Shown piece after piece: positions 1-12,789 of a stretch of 64,000 bases of DNA (position 1 is the stretch's first letter; the number at the start of each line of letters is the position of its first letter). The DNA is taken from NCBI RefSeq assembly GCF_006345805.1, contig NC_042998.1, forward strand, positions 35,898,001 to 35,962,000, read 5' to 3'. The position numbers and the translations under genes were made by a program. Under the pieces are notes generated by a model that saw only the letters and a list, made by a program, of their open reading frames with translations, was not told the origin of the DNA and searched no databases. The DNA comes from Octopus sinensis. Its lineage: Eukaryota.

Positions 1-586
1 GGCACAAGAACTCACAGAAATGAATAAAAATGCTCCTGAGGTATTGTAAATCAGTTTGGTGACTCGATCATTGCGGGGGATGGGGTGGGGGGTGAACTTT
101 GCCATTAGACCCCCTGTAATGTTGGAGCAATGCCTTGAAGAATTTTCAGTTATTCTTTTCTAGGCCTGCTACTCTGTCAGTCTCTTTTTGCTAAACGGTG
201 AAGTTATGAGAATGTAAACACACTAACACCGGTTGTTGAGGCGGCAGGGGCCAAACACCGATACAAAGACACCCCCTCACATCCACACATGCATACATAT
301 ATACGATGGGCTGCTTTCAGTTTCTAAATTCATTCACATTCTACCCAATCTACTCACAAAAGTTTTGGTCAGCCTGAAGCTATAGTAGAAGACACTTGCC
401 CAAGGTAGCACACAGTGGGACTGAACCCGGAACCATGTGGTTGGGAAGCAAGCTTCTTACCATACAGCCACGCTTGAATCTAGCATGCAATTTTGTAATT
501 GAATTTATGATTTTGCCGATTTCAGTCTGTGCTTTGTCAGATTTAATGACTTGGTGTGTGTGTGTTAATTTCAGGTTTCTCTTTTT

Positions 587-1008
587 GCTCTTTTATTCTT
601 TTACTTGTTTCAGTCATTTGACTGTGGCCACACTGGAGCACCACCTTTAGCCGATCAAATCGTCCCCAGGGCTTATTCTTTATAAGCTTAGTACTTATTC
701 TATTGGTCTCTTTAGCTGAACCTCTAAGTTACGGGGATGTAAACACCAGCATCAGTTGTCAAGCGATGTTGGAGCAGCAAACTTAGACTCACACACATAC
801 ACACACACACACACACACACATACACACACACATATATACGACAGGCTTCTTTCAGTTTCTGTTTACCAAATCATCCACTCACAAGGCGCTCTGGTCGAC
901 CTGAGGCTATGGTAGAAAACACTTGCCCAAGGTCCCATGCAGTGGGACTGAACCCGGAACCATGTGGTTGGTAAGCAAGCCACTTACCACACAGCCACTC
1001 CTGCGCCT
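587..1008 (-). mobile_element. tRNA-derived SINE family A (internal CA/TA microsatellite, AAAAGAG-type tail)
   Basis: Same head (ggagtggctgtgtggtaag...gggttcagtccc) and body recur at about 130-480, 17060-17450, 30345-30776, 38180-38795, 45500-46015, 53040-53460 and 61138-61520. Confidence 0.8.
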
Positions 1009-1732
1009 ATAAACATAAAGACAGATGAAATACCACTAAGCATTTCACCCAGCATGCAAACGTTTCTGCCAACTCGCTGCCGTAGTAATTTTTTGTTGAT
1101 TTTAGTTGGAATGAAGGATAACTTCGTAGCAAGCACCATGCTTTGGCTAATCGTTTTAGGTGTGTTGTTATTATCAGATTACGTATAATTAGTTGAAATT
1201 TATATTTGGTGATTGTTGCAATTGTTTTTGGAGTCTGTGAAGCTACTTTGGGATTATTGTTGTTCGTAAGATTTATTCGGTTACATGTTTGAATACATCT
1301 TTAACAATTGACTGATTCTTGTATGAAATACATAACTGACTGAAATACACGTAAGATGTCTTAGAGATCTGGAAAGTTTGTAGTTGCTCTAGGATAATAC
1401 TTAGGATATTGGTCTGTTACCTTTCTTGAGAGATCATCCTTTAACGTCTGTTTTCCATGATGGCATGGGTTGGACAGTTTAACAGGAGCTGAAAAGCTGC
1501 GCCAGGCTCCAGTTGTCTGTTTTGGCATATTTTCCATGGCTGGACGCCCTTCCATATGCCAACCACTTTATAAAGTGTACTGGGTGCTCTTTTACGTGGC
1601 ACAGGTGCTTTATATGTGACCCTGGCACCAGTGCTTTTATGTGTCACCATTGCTGTCTTACTATAGAGGCGATACTTGGCCACCCCAGTAGGACAAGGAA
1701 GGAGAAGGAAAGTGGGAGAAAGAGAAAAATAA

Positions 1733-1773
<41 letters not shown>

Positions 1774-2673
1774 GATGGTGTTGAAGATGTTTGGGTGCCT
1801 ATCCACAAGAATAGTGGTTGGGTACCGAGGTTCAAATTCCACTGAGGTCGACTTTACCTTTCATCCTTTCGGGGTCGATAAATTAAGTACCAGTTGCACT
1901 GGGGTCGATGTAATCGACTTAATACCTATGTCTGTCCTTGTTTGTCCCCTCTATGTTTAGCCCCTTGTGGGTAATAAAGAAATAGGTATAGAGGAGGGAT
2001 GTTCCATAAGAGAGTGAGGGGTAGGTTTAGAGATGGGGAAGGCATGACTCTTGCAAGTGATGGTGAGAGACTGGGAAGGCGGTGGAGAAAACGTGGGTTT
2101 GGGGTGGATGCAGATAACATCCTATGTTATCTGCTGTCATGCGGTGAACTCTTCTAGTTAAAGTTTGAAGTTAAAGGGTAGACCAAATGGAGTTGTTGGC
2201 GAAAAATGTGGGGAATTACTGCTTTAGATGTGAGTGGTATGGCCTGAACATCTGTTGAAATTTCATTCATCCTCCTCCTCATCATTGTTTAATGTCTGCT
2301 TTCCATGCTGGCATGGGTTGGATGGTTTGACTGAGGATTGGCAAGCCAGGAGGCTGCACTAGGTCCCAATCTGATCTGGCAAGGTTTCTACAGTTGGATA
2401 TCCTTTCTAACGCCAACCACTCCAAGAGTGTAGTAGGTGCCTTTTACGTGTCACTGGCACGTGGGGGGGGGGGGGGCAGTCAGGTGGCACTGGCATCTGC
2501 CATGCTCAAATAGTGCTTTCTTAGTAAATTTTAGTATGCATAACAATTATATTTCCTTAAATAGAATGTTTTTATGTATTTTCAGGTTGTAACCTTGTTG
2601 AATTTGATACTTTTGATAAAATTCCTATTAAATATTTTTTTTCTTTTTTACTTAAAAAAAAAAAAAAATGCAG

Positions 2674-2754
2674 GCATGGTGTGCAACGGGGAACTGTTTT
2701 AGTTTACAGAAAGAGCACGATACAGCTATTAAGTTTTTTCAAAGAGCAATTCAG
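2674..2754 (+). CDS. CDC27: CDC27 exon (AWCATGNCFSLQKEHDTAIKFFQRAIQ)
   Basis: tgcag|GCA acceptor, CAG|gtgagt donor, 81 nt = 27 codons. Confidence 0.95.
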
Positions 2755-3271
2755 GTGAGTAGTAGTTTGTTGGTTCTATTTTGGTTATGTAGCAAGTCAT
2801 AAAAGGCGACAATATGACGTAATGGTTGTTTGCCTGAACAAGCATAATTGTTGGTATCCCATTGGTTAAAATTACTGCACATATACGAATTCTGAACTTT
2901 CGTCAAAGAAATCTTTCATGAAATACGGTTCTTAGAATTCGGATATGAGCAGTTATAAAAGCCCTGATTTTTGGGAAATTACTCAGTGATCGTTGGATGT
3001 TACTAAACTCAATGATACAATACTCCTTTAGATATTGGCTATTTTTATGCCATGTCTGTGACTTAAATCCAACATTTAAGTGTGGTCGATGCCAGTGCCC
3101 CCTGACTGGTCCCCATGCTGGTGGCACGTAAAAAAGCACCATTCGATTGTGGTTGATGCTAGTTATCTTGCATTGTTAATATTGAGTGGAATTAAAGTCC
3201 TTAGCAAAATAAAGCATTTTTCAGAAATCTATAATGGTTGTCTGATATTTCCCATTTTCTCTCTTTTTCAG

Positions 3272-3399
3272 GTTGATCCTAATTTTGCCTATGCATATAC
3301 TTTACTGGGCCATGAATATGTCTTTACAGAAGAATTTGAAAAAGGTTTATCGAGTTTCCGTAATTCTATACGAGTTGATTCCAGACATTATAATGCATG
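3272..3399 (+). CDS. CDC27: CDC27 exon (VDPNFAYAYTLLGHEYVFTEEFEKGLSSFRNSIRVDSRHYNA + TG)
   Basis: Pyrimidine tract + cag acceptor, TG|gtaagt donor, 128 nt, within ORF 3080..3403. Confidence 0.97.
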
Positions 3400-3677
3400 G
3401 TAAGTTTCAATTCCTGAATTGAATATTAGCATCGTCAGCATCATTATTGATATCAAAAGGTTTTAAAAATACTTTTTCCCATGTGGTTGGATCTGCAATA
3501 ACGTATCAACGGGGGAACTGTTCTTCTGTCTTGCCCCCCCCCCCCTAAAATAACTATGAGGAATGTTCCAACAAGTTTCTAGCTTAAAGATACTATTTTA
3601 CCTGTGTAGTTTTCAAATTTACATTAAGACATCACAAATTGAATGTAAGCAGAAAAAAGTTGTCAAATTAAGTTCAA

Positions 3678-3922
3678 TTCAGTTCTATATTCAAGAGATG
3701 AGGAATTATGTACACTATTTACATTTGACGGATATTTGTCCTCATCTTGTTTGTTGTTAACACAACGTTTCGGCTGATATACCCTCCAGTCTTCATCAGG
3801 TGTCTTGGGGAAATTTCGAACCTGGGTTCTCATTCCTAAGGTACATTTCAATGTCGTTGTTGTCACTGCCAGGAATCAAACTCGGAATCTTGGAGTTAGT
3901 AGCTGCGCTCTTAACCACTACG
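3678..3922 (-). mobile_element. SINE-like family C: tRNA-like head + (AAY)n + hammerhead module + 3' hairpin
   Basis: Head gtagtggttaag...gtttgattcc; related copies at 35615-35840 (-), 35842-36040 (+), 39565-39680 and 40255-40425 (+). Confidence 0.75.
3759..3806 (-). ncRNA. Candidate minimal type I hammerhead ribozyme
   Basis: Minus strand: aagacac CTGATGA a gactg-gagggtatat-cagcc GAAA CG TT gtgtt. Stem I is 5 bp, stem II has 4 of 5 pairs, stem III is palindromic ACGU. Confidence 0.6.
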
Positions 3923-4498
3923 TGGGCAATTATGGAGTGGATTTTAGGGATTATAAATCTAATATTTTCGTATCCTTCCTTAATACTGGCACTCAGTCTG
4001 CTTAGGAGCTTGTTGTGTCCTAACATATGTGCTGCTTCTTTTAGTTTTCGTATTTTCCAGTGGTGTTCAACCATTTTTTATCTATGGACCCATTTGATGA
4101 CTATTTTATTCTGGTGGACCCTTCCCCATAGCCGTTCAAAGTTTAAAAACTGGTTTTCTAGAAACTTCTTTCCAAATTCCTATTTTGTTTTTCACACATG
4201 AACTTGTGTAGGTTGAACTATGTAAAATGTTAGAGGAAGAAGCCCAGCTGTTTTTTGCAATACACACCAATACATACATCTAAAGCAAAATTTTTCAGGT
4301 GCCCTCAAACTACTATTGTGGATCCTCAATATATCATTTTGTTGCGTGGACCCTCCCCACCAAATCTTACATGGACCCCAGTTGAGAACAACTGCATTAG
4401 ACAATGCAATTCTACATATGCTCAAGAAACGGTCAGCATCTGCATGCTCTTGGCCGTAATGTTTTTGTTGGAATGTCTGATTAGTATTTACTCGTTAA

Positions 4499-4719
4499 CC
4501 CTTTCGTTACGAACCTTGCTGAAACCACCTCTGGCTCTGTAGTACAAATATCTTGTTTTCATAAGTCTTGAATTAAAATCTTCCACCAAACCTTAGTCAC
4601 AATTTATGTTCTTGACACAAGCTGAATGATAACTAAGTTATTTAATTAAATTCTTTGTTATATTTAAAATAATTGAAAGAAGTACGGAGCATCTCAACAG
4701 AAATATGGTAACAAAAGGG
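4499..4719. mobile_element. piggyBac-like MITE
   Basis: TTAA flanks on both sides, ccctttcgttac / gtaacaaaaggg termini; second copy at 7409-7632. Confidence 0.8.
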
Positions 4720-4882
4720 TTAAATTACTGCTTCATAGTTACTGGATTTTAACAACTTTATGTATTTTTTTAATGATGATTATTTATTTGTTGTTTTTTT
4801 TTTATTTGTCATTGACCTGAACTTGTGCTGTTTCAATATCGTTTTGTGATTGAAGGATTTACTTTTCTTCGTTATATTCCAG

Positions 4883-5000
4883 GTATGGAGTTGGAATGAT
4901 CTATTATAAACAAGAGAAATTCCAACTTGCTGAATTGCACTTCAATAAAGCACTGATGATTAATCCCAAAAGTCCTGCTCTGCTTTGTCACGTTGGTGTG
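4883..5000 (+). CDS. CDC27: CDC27 exon (W-YGVGMIYYKQEKFQLAELHFNKALMINPKSPALLCHVGV)
   Basis: ttccag|G completes the split TGG codon, GTG|gtaagc donor, 118 nt. Confidence 0.96.
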
Positions 5001-5639
5001 GTAAGCGCTGCCTTTGTTTCTTGTACACACTATGCTAAATGTTGTCATTTTTGATTCAGATGAATTGGGAACCTTTCAGTGATATTACTTTCCTCTTTAC
5101 CACAAACAAACTGCTGGGGGCAGTTGTTTCTCGGAGCAGAAAAGCTATTTAGATCAAATGGAAATTGTAGTTGTGACCCCGTACTGATGGCACGTAAAAA
5201 GCACCATCCGAACGTGGCCGATTTTGTTGCTTTTTGTAGCTTTTACTTCAGATGACTGTCTGTCTCTCTTGCATAAAGAAAAACATCAATGAAAAGACAT
5301 GGTACCTGTGCACCGTAGTTGTGGTTGTTGTTTGTTGTTGGTACCATGTAAATGGCACCCACCCGTGAATCATAGTTGTGGTTGTTGCCAGTGTCATGTA
5401 AATGGTGCCTGTGGTGGTGGCCTGTAAAAGCACCCATTACACTCCTGGAATGGTTGGCACATAAGGAAGGGCATCCAGTTATAGGAACCATGCCAAATCA
5501 GACTGGAACCTGGTGCTGCTCTCCAGCTCATCAGCTCCACTCAAACTGTCCAACCCATGCCAGCATGGAGAGCAGACGTTAAATGATGATGACTCTTAAT
5601 CATTATTCTATGTCCATTTTCCAATACTTGTTGGAAGGT

Positions 5640-6500
5640 CATCTTCACAGCGTCTCACTGTTTGGGACTTTTAGTAATCCGTTTTGCAAGAGCATCTTCG
5701 GATCAGTTCTTCCCTGCATCTTCCCATACCTTCCTTGGTCTACCTTTCCTGCCAGTTCCTTCCACTTGTTTACTTCTTAGCCCAACTATCGTCCTTCATA
5801 CATATCACATACCTGTACAAGCGCAGTCTTTCCTTTTGCATACTACATCTCATTCCTTTTACACCTGGTTTGTAGATCAGTTTGTTTCTGCCCTGTTGCT
5901 TTTGCACATTACCCAACATTACACAACTAGTGGAGCATGTAAAAGGCACTGGTGATGGTGCCACAAGTAAAGTGCCTGTGCTGATGCCACATATAAAGCA
6001 CTGGTGCCGGTGCCATGTAAAAAGAACCCAGTCCAGTCTGTAAAGTGGTTGGCATTAGGAAGAGCATCGAGCCATAGAAACCATGCCAAAACAGACAAGG
6101 AAGCATGATGTGGTTCCTCTTGCTGTTAACTTCTCTTGAATATCTGTTACATCTCTGTCAGACTACTTGAGATCCCATTGCACCTGTTGTGCATTCAGTT
6201 TGCATTAGATGCATTGGATGGAATTCCTCTTTGCTTATTATCTACATCCACTTTCTAGGCAGCAGTAAAGTTCTCTCCTCTTCCTTGCTCACTAAAAACT
6301 TCTGGTTTTCTTTTTTTTTCAAGACTTTTTGATTCCAGGCCTTGCCTGCAATTTCTTCCACTAATTCAATAGATTCAGCTATGCGAACTAGGCCACTGAC
6401 TTACTGAAGTTTTCTTGGACAGCCATTTCTAAACTTCTCTGTGACAACTAAAGAACTATAATAAACAGAATTGGGTTGAGAACCAAACCACCTGGGTTAC
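5640..6500 (-). mobile_element. Degenerate RTE-clade LINE ORF2 fragments
   Basis: Minus-strand peptides LVLNPILFIIVL.VVTEKFRNGCP (RT region) and ERLRLYRYVICMKDDSW...VEGTGRKGRPRKVW (RTE C-terminus), interrupted by stops and a repeat insertion. Confidence 0.65.
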
Positions 6501-7165
6501 TTACCTATTTCTTTACTACCCACAAGGGGCTAAACACAGAGGGGACGGACAAGGACAGACAAACGGATTAAGTCGAATTATATTGACCCCAGAGCGTAAC
6601 TGGTACTACTTATTTAATCGACCCTGAAAGGATGAAAGGCAAAGTCGACCTCGGCGGAATTTGAACTCAGAACGTAACGGCAGAGGAAATACTGCTAAGC
6701 ATTTCGCCCGGCGTGCTAACGTTTCTGCCAGCTCGCCGCCTGGGTTACCTGGGTTACTTACCTGCCTACTAAATTCCTTGCTGAGCACTTTGCTAATTCT
6801 TATCTTATTGACAGCATTTCTGGACATGGCTTCTACTTCTCTCACAAGCCATTCATCTATTCTTAATTTTCTTCTTTGGCCATCAGACCACAGAGTGTTG
6901 TATTCTGTTAAAAGTCTTCTTCGGGTCAGCGACTGCTAGGTATTAATGGCTTGCTAAGAACTCCTGCAGTAGTCTCACTAAGAAGAGGACCTCAGTGATA
7001 TCCCTTCCTGGCATAAACCCAAACTACTTCTAATTTTCTTCTTCTCGACGGTTGTTATCAAGAATATAGTTTTGCTACAAGGTTCATGGAATTCTTTTTC
7101 ATAATTTTTGAAAACTTAGTTTAAATAATCTGGTATAACAGTTGTTTTTTTTTCTTTTCTTATAG

Positions 7166-7294
7166 GTGCAACATGCATTGAAGAAATCGGAAATGGCGCT
7201 ACAGACCCTTGATAGAGCCATTTCTATTGATCCCAACAACCCTCTTTGTAAATTCCATCGTGCTTCCATTTTATTTGCCAATGATAAACATAAA
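7166..7294 (+). CDS. CDC27: CDC27 exon (VQHALKKSEMALQTLDRAISIDPNNPLCKFHRASILFANDKHK)
   Basis: tatag|GTG acceptor, AAA|gtaagt donor, 129 nt. Confidence 0.96.
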
Positions 7295-7408
7295 GTAAGT
7301 ATCATCATTATTGTCCATGGGTGAAATGGATCCTTTCTATAGTTCATGTTAAAGTTGCCAGCACTTAGAACCTGAGCTACAATATACTGTCCCCATTTTT
7401 ATGCTTAA

Positions 7409-7632
7409 CCCTTTCGTTACCAACCCAGCTGAAACCGGCTCTGGCTCTTTAGTACAAATGTCTTGTTTTCATAAGTTTTGAATTAAAATCTTCCACCACC
7501 AAATCTTAGTCATAATTTATGTTCCTAACACTAGCTCAATGATAACTAAGTTATTTTGCTAAATTCTTTGTTATATTTAAAGTAATTGAAAGAAACACAC
7601 AGCATCTCAAAATAAATACAGTAACGAAAGGG
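7409..7632. mobile_element. piggyBac-like MITE
   Basis: TTAA|ccctttcgttac ... gtaacgaaaggg|TTAA. Confidence 0.85.
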
Positions 7633-7942
7633 TTAAGGCAGTTTGTAAGACATTTGCTGGTTAACACTTCCCAATGCTTTGATTTTATCAATTTCTATAA
7701 ATTTTCCAGTCGTATGTTGTAAATACTGTTTAGGTTGCTGTAAAATTTTCCCATAATGTATTGTAGGTCTCTTTGTAGCCTTTCCAAAGAGACTTTTGTT
7801 GGCAGACATAAATGATTACAGGGGTTCAAATTCTTGGGATTAGGTAACAGCATTGGGGTTGTTTGAGCAGGCATAGAGTTGGCAGGGAAATCAGTAGCTG
7901 AGGCACGTGAATAGGGAAGCTTAGATTAGTTAAGAGCAACAT

Positions 7943-8120
7943 GGAGGCAAGGTGGCTGAGTTCCTCACGGAGGCAAGATGGCTGAGTTCCTCACGGAGGC
8001 AAGGTGGCTGAGTTCCTCATGGAGGCAAGGTGGCTGAGTTCCTCACGGAGGCAAGGTGGCTGAGTTCCTCACGGAGGCAAGATGGCTGAGTTCCTCACGG
8101 AGGCAAGATGGCTGAGTTCC
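7943..8120 (+). repeat. 26-bp tandem repeat, about 7 units, inside an RTE 3' UTR fragment (about 7935-8450)
   Basis: ggaggcaaggtggctgagttcctcac at 7943, 7969, 7995, 8021, 8047, 8073 and 8099. Confidence 0.95.
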
Positions 8121-8932
8121 TTTTGAGTGTTGGGCCTCAAGGAGGCAATGACCAAAACTTTTGGCATTATGTTGTGCTTGAGAAGAAGAGCCACCAAGCC
8201 GAGCAAAATCACAGTCGTGGCACATACTGGTGTCATGCAAATTGGCACTCGTGTCAGTGGCATGTAATTGCACCCCGGTGTCATGCAAATAGCATCTGTG
8301 CCAGTGGCATGTAAAAGCACCCACTACACACTTGGAGTGGCTGGTGTTAAGATGGGCATCCAGCCATAGAAAACCATTCCAAATCAGACTGGAGCCTGGT
8401 GCAGCCTTCCAGCATGCTAGCATGGACAATGACCATTAAATGATGATGATAGCAAGTTATTGCTGTGTCTACCATCATCATCGTTGTCCATGCTGGTAGT
8501 TTCAATTCCTGGAATGGGTGGTGCTTGTGTCCTTGAACAAGACACTCCATCTCACTTCAGCTCCTCTGTGATCACTCTGACACCGGATGTGTGATACAGT
8601 TGAGCACCTGTTCAGGTAATGTCTATTTGATGGAAGGAGTGGGCTTATGTTCAGCACATACATTTGGTCACTATAAACGAATCGTCTGTGCAGGTTGTTC
8701 AGCTCGAAATTGCAGAACTGTCCTCGGACGACAAGGAACTACCATAAAAAAAAAAAGTGTGATTGCATGGCTGCGATCTCATTTTAGTTGCCGAGTCTTC
8801 TCAATCACAGCATCTCTCCAAAGGATTTACTCCTCTATTTGTCACTTTTGAAAGTAAGCAGCATTGATTTTGTTATCTTTTTGCATTTGTTTGAATTGAT
8901 TTACCAATTTCACATAAATGTTATATTTTCAG

Positions 8933-9007
8933 GAAGCCTTAGAAGAATTAGAAGAACTGAAACAAATTGTCCCTAAAGAATCTTTAGTATATTTTCTAAT
9001 AGGAAAG
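8933..9007 (+). CDS. CDC27: CDC27 exon (EALEELEELKQIVPKESLVYFLIGK)
   Basis: tttcag|GAA acceptor, AAG|gtgagt donor, 75 nt. Confidence 0.96.
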
Positions 9008-9479
9008 GTGAGTCTTGATTTTGACGGCAATCAAATTGATGTTTCTTAAAAGAAAAAGAAAACTGAATTTCTTTAGTATTGTTTTCACACTCACTGGTCA
9101 CTGAAATGCATTTCCATTCATATTAGTTCATTAACAAAAAACAAAAAGGAAAGATGTCAAATGTTCTATGTTGGTTAGTATTAGTGAATCAAAAGTTTTG
9201 CAATATTTTGGTAACTTATTTGCTTTGTTCATCGAGTGAAAACTAAAGCAACCAAACATTCAAAGAAGAGGCCATCACGTTGCACTGTCTGAAGCTGCCT
9301 TACTACTAGTTTTTTGATCCAATGCAAATAACCAGTTCTTGTCCTCACTGAAGCTTCCAACCCCCCTCAGTTGATGAAGCGTTGTGAGCGCAAGAAGTGA
9401 TCCACGGATCGGAACAAGTAATAATCCAAGGGTGATATTTTTCTGCAATTCTAACATAAGCTGTGGTTAAGCAAGTGCT

Positions 9480-10260
9480 CAAACCGTTGCCTAAAATGGG
9501 CTGTTTTGAAAACAAGGTGATGTTCTATGTCTGCTGGAACTATGAGGGGATAATTCGCTATGAGTTTGTTCTGGATGGACAAACCATCAATGCCGACCTG
9601 GACTCCAAAACAGCTTAAGCAGATGTGTGCCATTGTGTGGCAGAAATATCTGGCATTGGTTAACAGAAAGTGAAGGCGGCGAGCTGGCAGAAACGTTAGC
9701 ACGCCGGGCGAAATGCTTACTGGTATTTCGTCTGCCGCTATGTTCTGAGTTCAAATTCCGCCGAGGTCGACTTTGCCTTTCATCCTTTCGGGGTCGATAA
9801 ATTAAGTACCAGTTACGCACTGGGGTCGATGTAATCGACTTAATCCGTTTGTCTGTCCTTGTTTGTCCCCTCTATGTTTAGCCCCTTGTGGGTAGTAAAG
9901 AAATAAGAAAGTGAAGTTTTCTGCAGGAAGGCAAGGCAAGACCTCACACTGCTCAAACAACATAGAAGAAAGTGCAGGAACTTGTGTGAATTGAACTGAC
10001 GACACACGCAGCATATAGTCCGGACCCAGATCCCTCGAATTATTACCTGTTCTGATCCATGGCTCACTTCCTGCACTCATTACATTTCGTCGACCAAGAG
10101 GAGATGGAAGCTTCAGCGAAGGCCAAAAACTGGTGTGAATGTGGCGATCGAAGAACTTAGCAGAGACAGGTTGCTACTCTTGTAACTTGATGAATACAGC
10201 AAACGTGGAATATTGCAAAACTTTGGAATATTATGAATGGCAGAAATAGAGAAATAGGTT
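9480..10260 (+). mobile_element. Mariner transposase catalytic-domain remnant, split by a SINE
   Basis: KVMFYVCWNYEG..YEFVLDGQTINADL...LVNRK, then ARPHTAQTT...AYSPDPDPSNYYLF.SMAHFL (YSPDLAPSD-like motif), with stops and frameshifts. Confidence 0.85.
9676..9905 (+). mobile_element. tRNA-derived SINE family B, full copy with target-site duplication
   Basis: ggcggcgagctggcag head, gttcaaattcc B-box, flanking direct repeat agaaagtgaag (9665-9675 / 9906-9916). Other copies near 6505-6740, 22930-23130, 39100-39450, 40855-41970 and 52380-52560. Confidence 0.85.
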
Positions 10261-11889
10261 AAATGTTTTGCAACATTGAAATGTTCTGAATTCTTGGTGA
10301 GCTCAACTTTGTTTTCCATTATTTAGACAGACGTCTATAATCATCATCACCACCACCATGACCATCATCATTACCATTATTATAATAAAGTTACTGATGG
10401 GACGTTATTAGCCACGTCTTTCGGCATATAGTTTGTGGTTTCTAGTTCTAAAAATCCCATATCGCGTTCGAAAGCAACAAATATCAATATTTGGCTGAGT
10501 TACTTCCCTTCGGCCAGGGGAAACAACTTGTAAATACCGTTGACAATTGAGTTTTGTGTAGTTCTGATAGCAAAGCTCCCCGAATCTTCCCAGTAATACG
10601 CACTTTATTTTTCACCCCATTTATTATCTCTCATAATAATGGAGGGTGCATAAAAACAGTGTAGTTCTTTGCTTTTAAAACTTTATTGGCTTTTAAAGCA
10701 TTGCAATGTACGAGGTGCTTCCCTATTTTAAAATAGTTTCCATATCATGCTAGTTACGAAGAGCAGGGAGCAAAAATTTCAAAGAGGCTTTTAGGTATTT
10801 AATAAGCCCTTTATTTTCGGTTTTAAATTGACAAAGTATTACAGCATTCATTTTTTGGTTTGCACAAATGTGCCCTTCTAAGTTGTTTTCCACGACACTT
10901 AATGTTTCAGGTTTCAGTGCTTAGATTTCAGCTGAAAATATTGTTGTTCAGCTGTTGGAGTGTCTGAGGCTTGACAGCATAATCATTTTCTTTGAGGCAA
11001 GCCTCGTAGGAAGAACGGAAGTCATTAGATTAGGAGGATGTGGTGGCAAGCTTATGTCGCAACCATGGGAATTCTTCTTATGAGAAATTACTGAACGGTT
11101 GGGTTGTGTCCCTTGCTATGTGAGCTGTTGCTCTGTCCTGTTGGAACCATGCCATGTCTATCTTGGACTGCTGGGAATAAGACAATTTTTGATCGTGAAC
11201 CAATATCTACCTCTTGTAATAGTGATGGGAGTGAAATTACTGAGTGATCGACATGATGGCTTTAGTTTGTAAACATCTTGGGCAGTGAGATGTGGTGAGA
11301 GAGAGAGAGAATAGTCATCATCAGCATCATCATCGTTTAACGTCCGCTTTCTATGCTGGTATGGGTTGGACGGTTTGACTGAGGACTGGTGAGCCAGGAG
11401 GCAGCATCAGGCTCAGTCTGATCTAGCAAAGTTTCTACAGCTGGATGCCCTTCCTAACACCAACCACTCCGAGAGTGTAGTGGGTGCTTTTACATGCCAT
11501 CAGCATGAGGGCCAGTTTGGTGGTACTGGCAACGGCCACACCCAAATAGTGCTTTTTATGTGCTACCTTGATGAGTGAAATTGCAAGAGGAGTAGAGAGA
11601 ATGATGGACGTGAGCAGTGATAGAGGAGAGAGTGATGAAGACAGATACTGGTAAGAGAGGAGGACTAATGTCAGTAATGAGTGATCGGGGGAGAGAGTAA
11701 TGGGAAATGTTGCTGGGGGTGGATGAGGAAGGAATAATGGTGAGGGATTCAACACAGAGTAACAGAAGAATAATATACAGACTTAATATAATGGTCAGTT
11801 GTTGTTTGTCAGGCATCCCAGTCTCCACCAACACGACTGCATCCATCATTTTTACACTTGTTTCTTTCTTTCTTTGTGTAGATTTGGCT

Positions 11890-12320
11890 GTCCTGTCTAG
11901 CATAAGGCTTTGCTACAAGTTGTAACCCTGGGTTATCTCTGTAACATTTCAGTCTTTTGTGATCAGTCTTTCACCATTTTGTCCCATACTTCATTGACCT
12001 CTCTTTCTTGATAGTTTCTGTCCACTTAGCATTTTATCTTGCTGTCATCCTCTCTCTGGCAGTGTAGTCTTTTGCTTTCTCCATTGAATTCCTCCAATAT
12101 CCAGTTGTCCTTTCAGCTTGTTTGCGTTCAATCCTCCATAACTCTCGTTCAGTTGAGCATGCTCATCTCATTTCTGTGTTGCCTTCACAAATCTTCCTCA
12201 TTGCAAGACCCACATCTTGCTACCATGCAACATAGCACTTTATATGTAGGCATCATACAAACTGCACTTCACTCTGACTGAATCACTTTGTTGCCAGAAG
12301 AGGTAGCTTCACGAATACTT
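11890..12320 (-). mobile_element. Highly degenerate RTE LINE fragment
   Basis: Minus strand resembles the LPLL..K...RVK..LYDA region also seen at 19700-20146. Confidence 0.5.
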
Positions 12321-12789
12321 CTCACTCTCTCTCTCTCCTTCACTCTGACTCTTTCTCTATCTTTCTCTCTAACTCTCTTGCCTGTTCTTCCTTGTCCTAC
12401 TGGGGTAGCCAAGTATTTCTTGTCGTCAGACAGCTAACCATGTCCCACTGTCATACCCCTACCTCTCGCCTGGCACATGGCCACTTGTTTCAGTTCCTCT
12501 CTGTTTCTGTCTCTCTCTCAACTGAGAGGTCCTTTTGTTGCAAGATGTTTGGCACCCCTGCAGGTGCTGGTGCCACTTAAAAAAGCACCCAGTTACACTC
12601 TGTAAAGTGGCTGCTTTTTAGGAAAGGCATCCAGCTGTAGAAACCAGGCCAAAATAGACAATTGGTGCATGGTGCAGTTATCCATTCCATGCATACCAAC
12701 ATAGAAAACTGGCATTGATGATGATGATTATGACTAATTTAATCTGACAACTACAACTGCCACTTCTACTACTAATTAAGTGATTGTGG

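Noticed and set aside
2110-2134. Perfect 10-bp hairpin gcagataaca-tccta-tgttatctgc
   Set aside because: Isolated, with no supporting context; not distinguishable from chance or a small local inversion.
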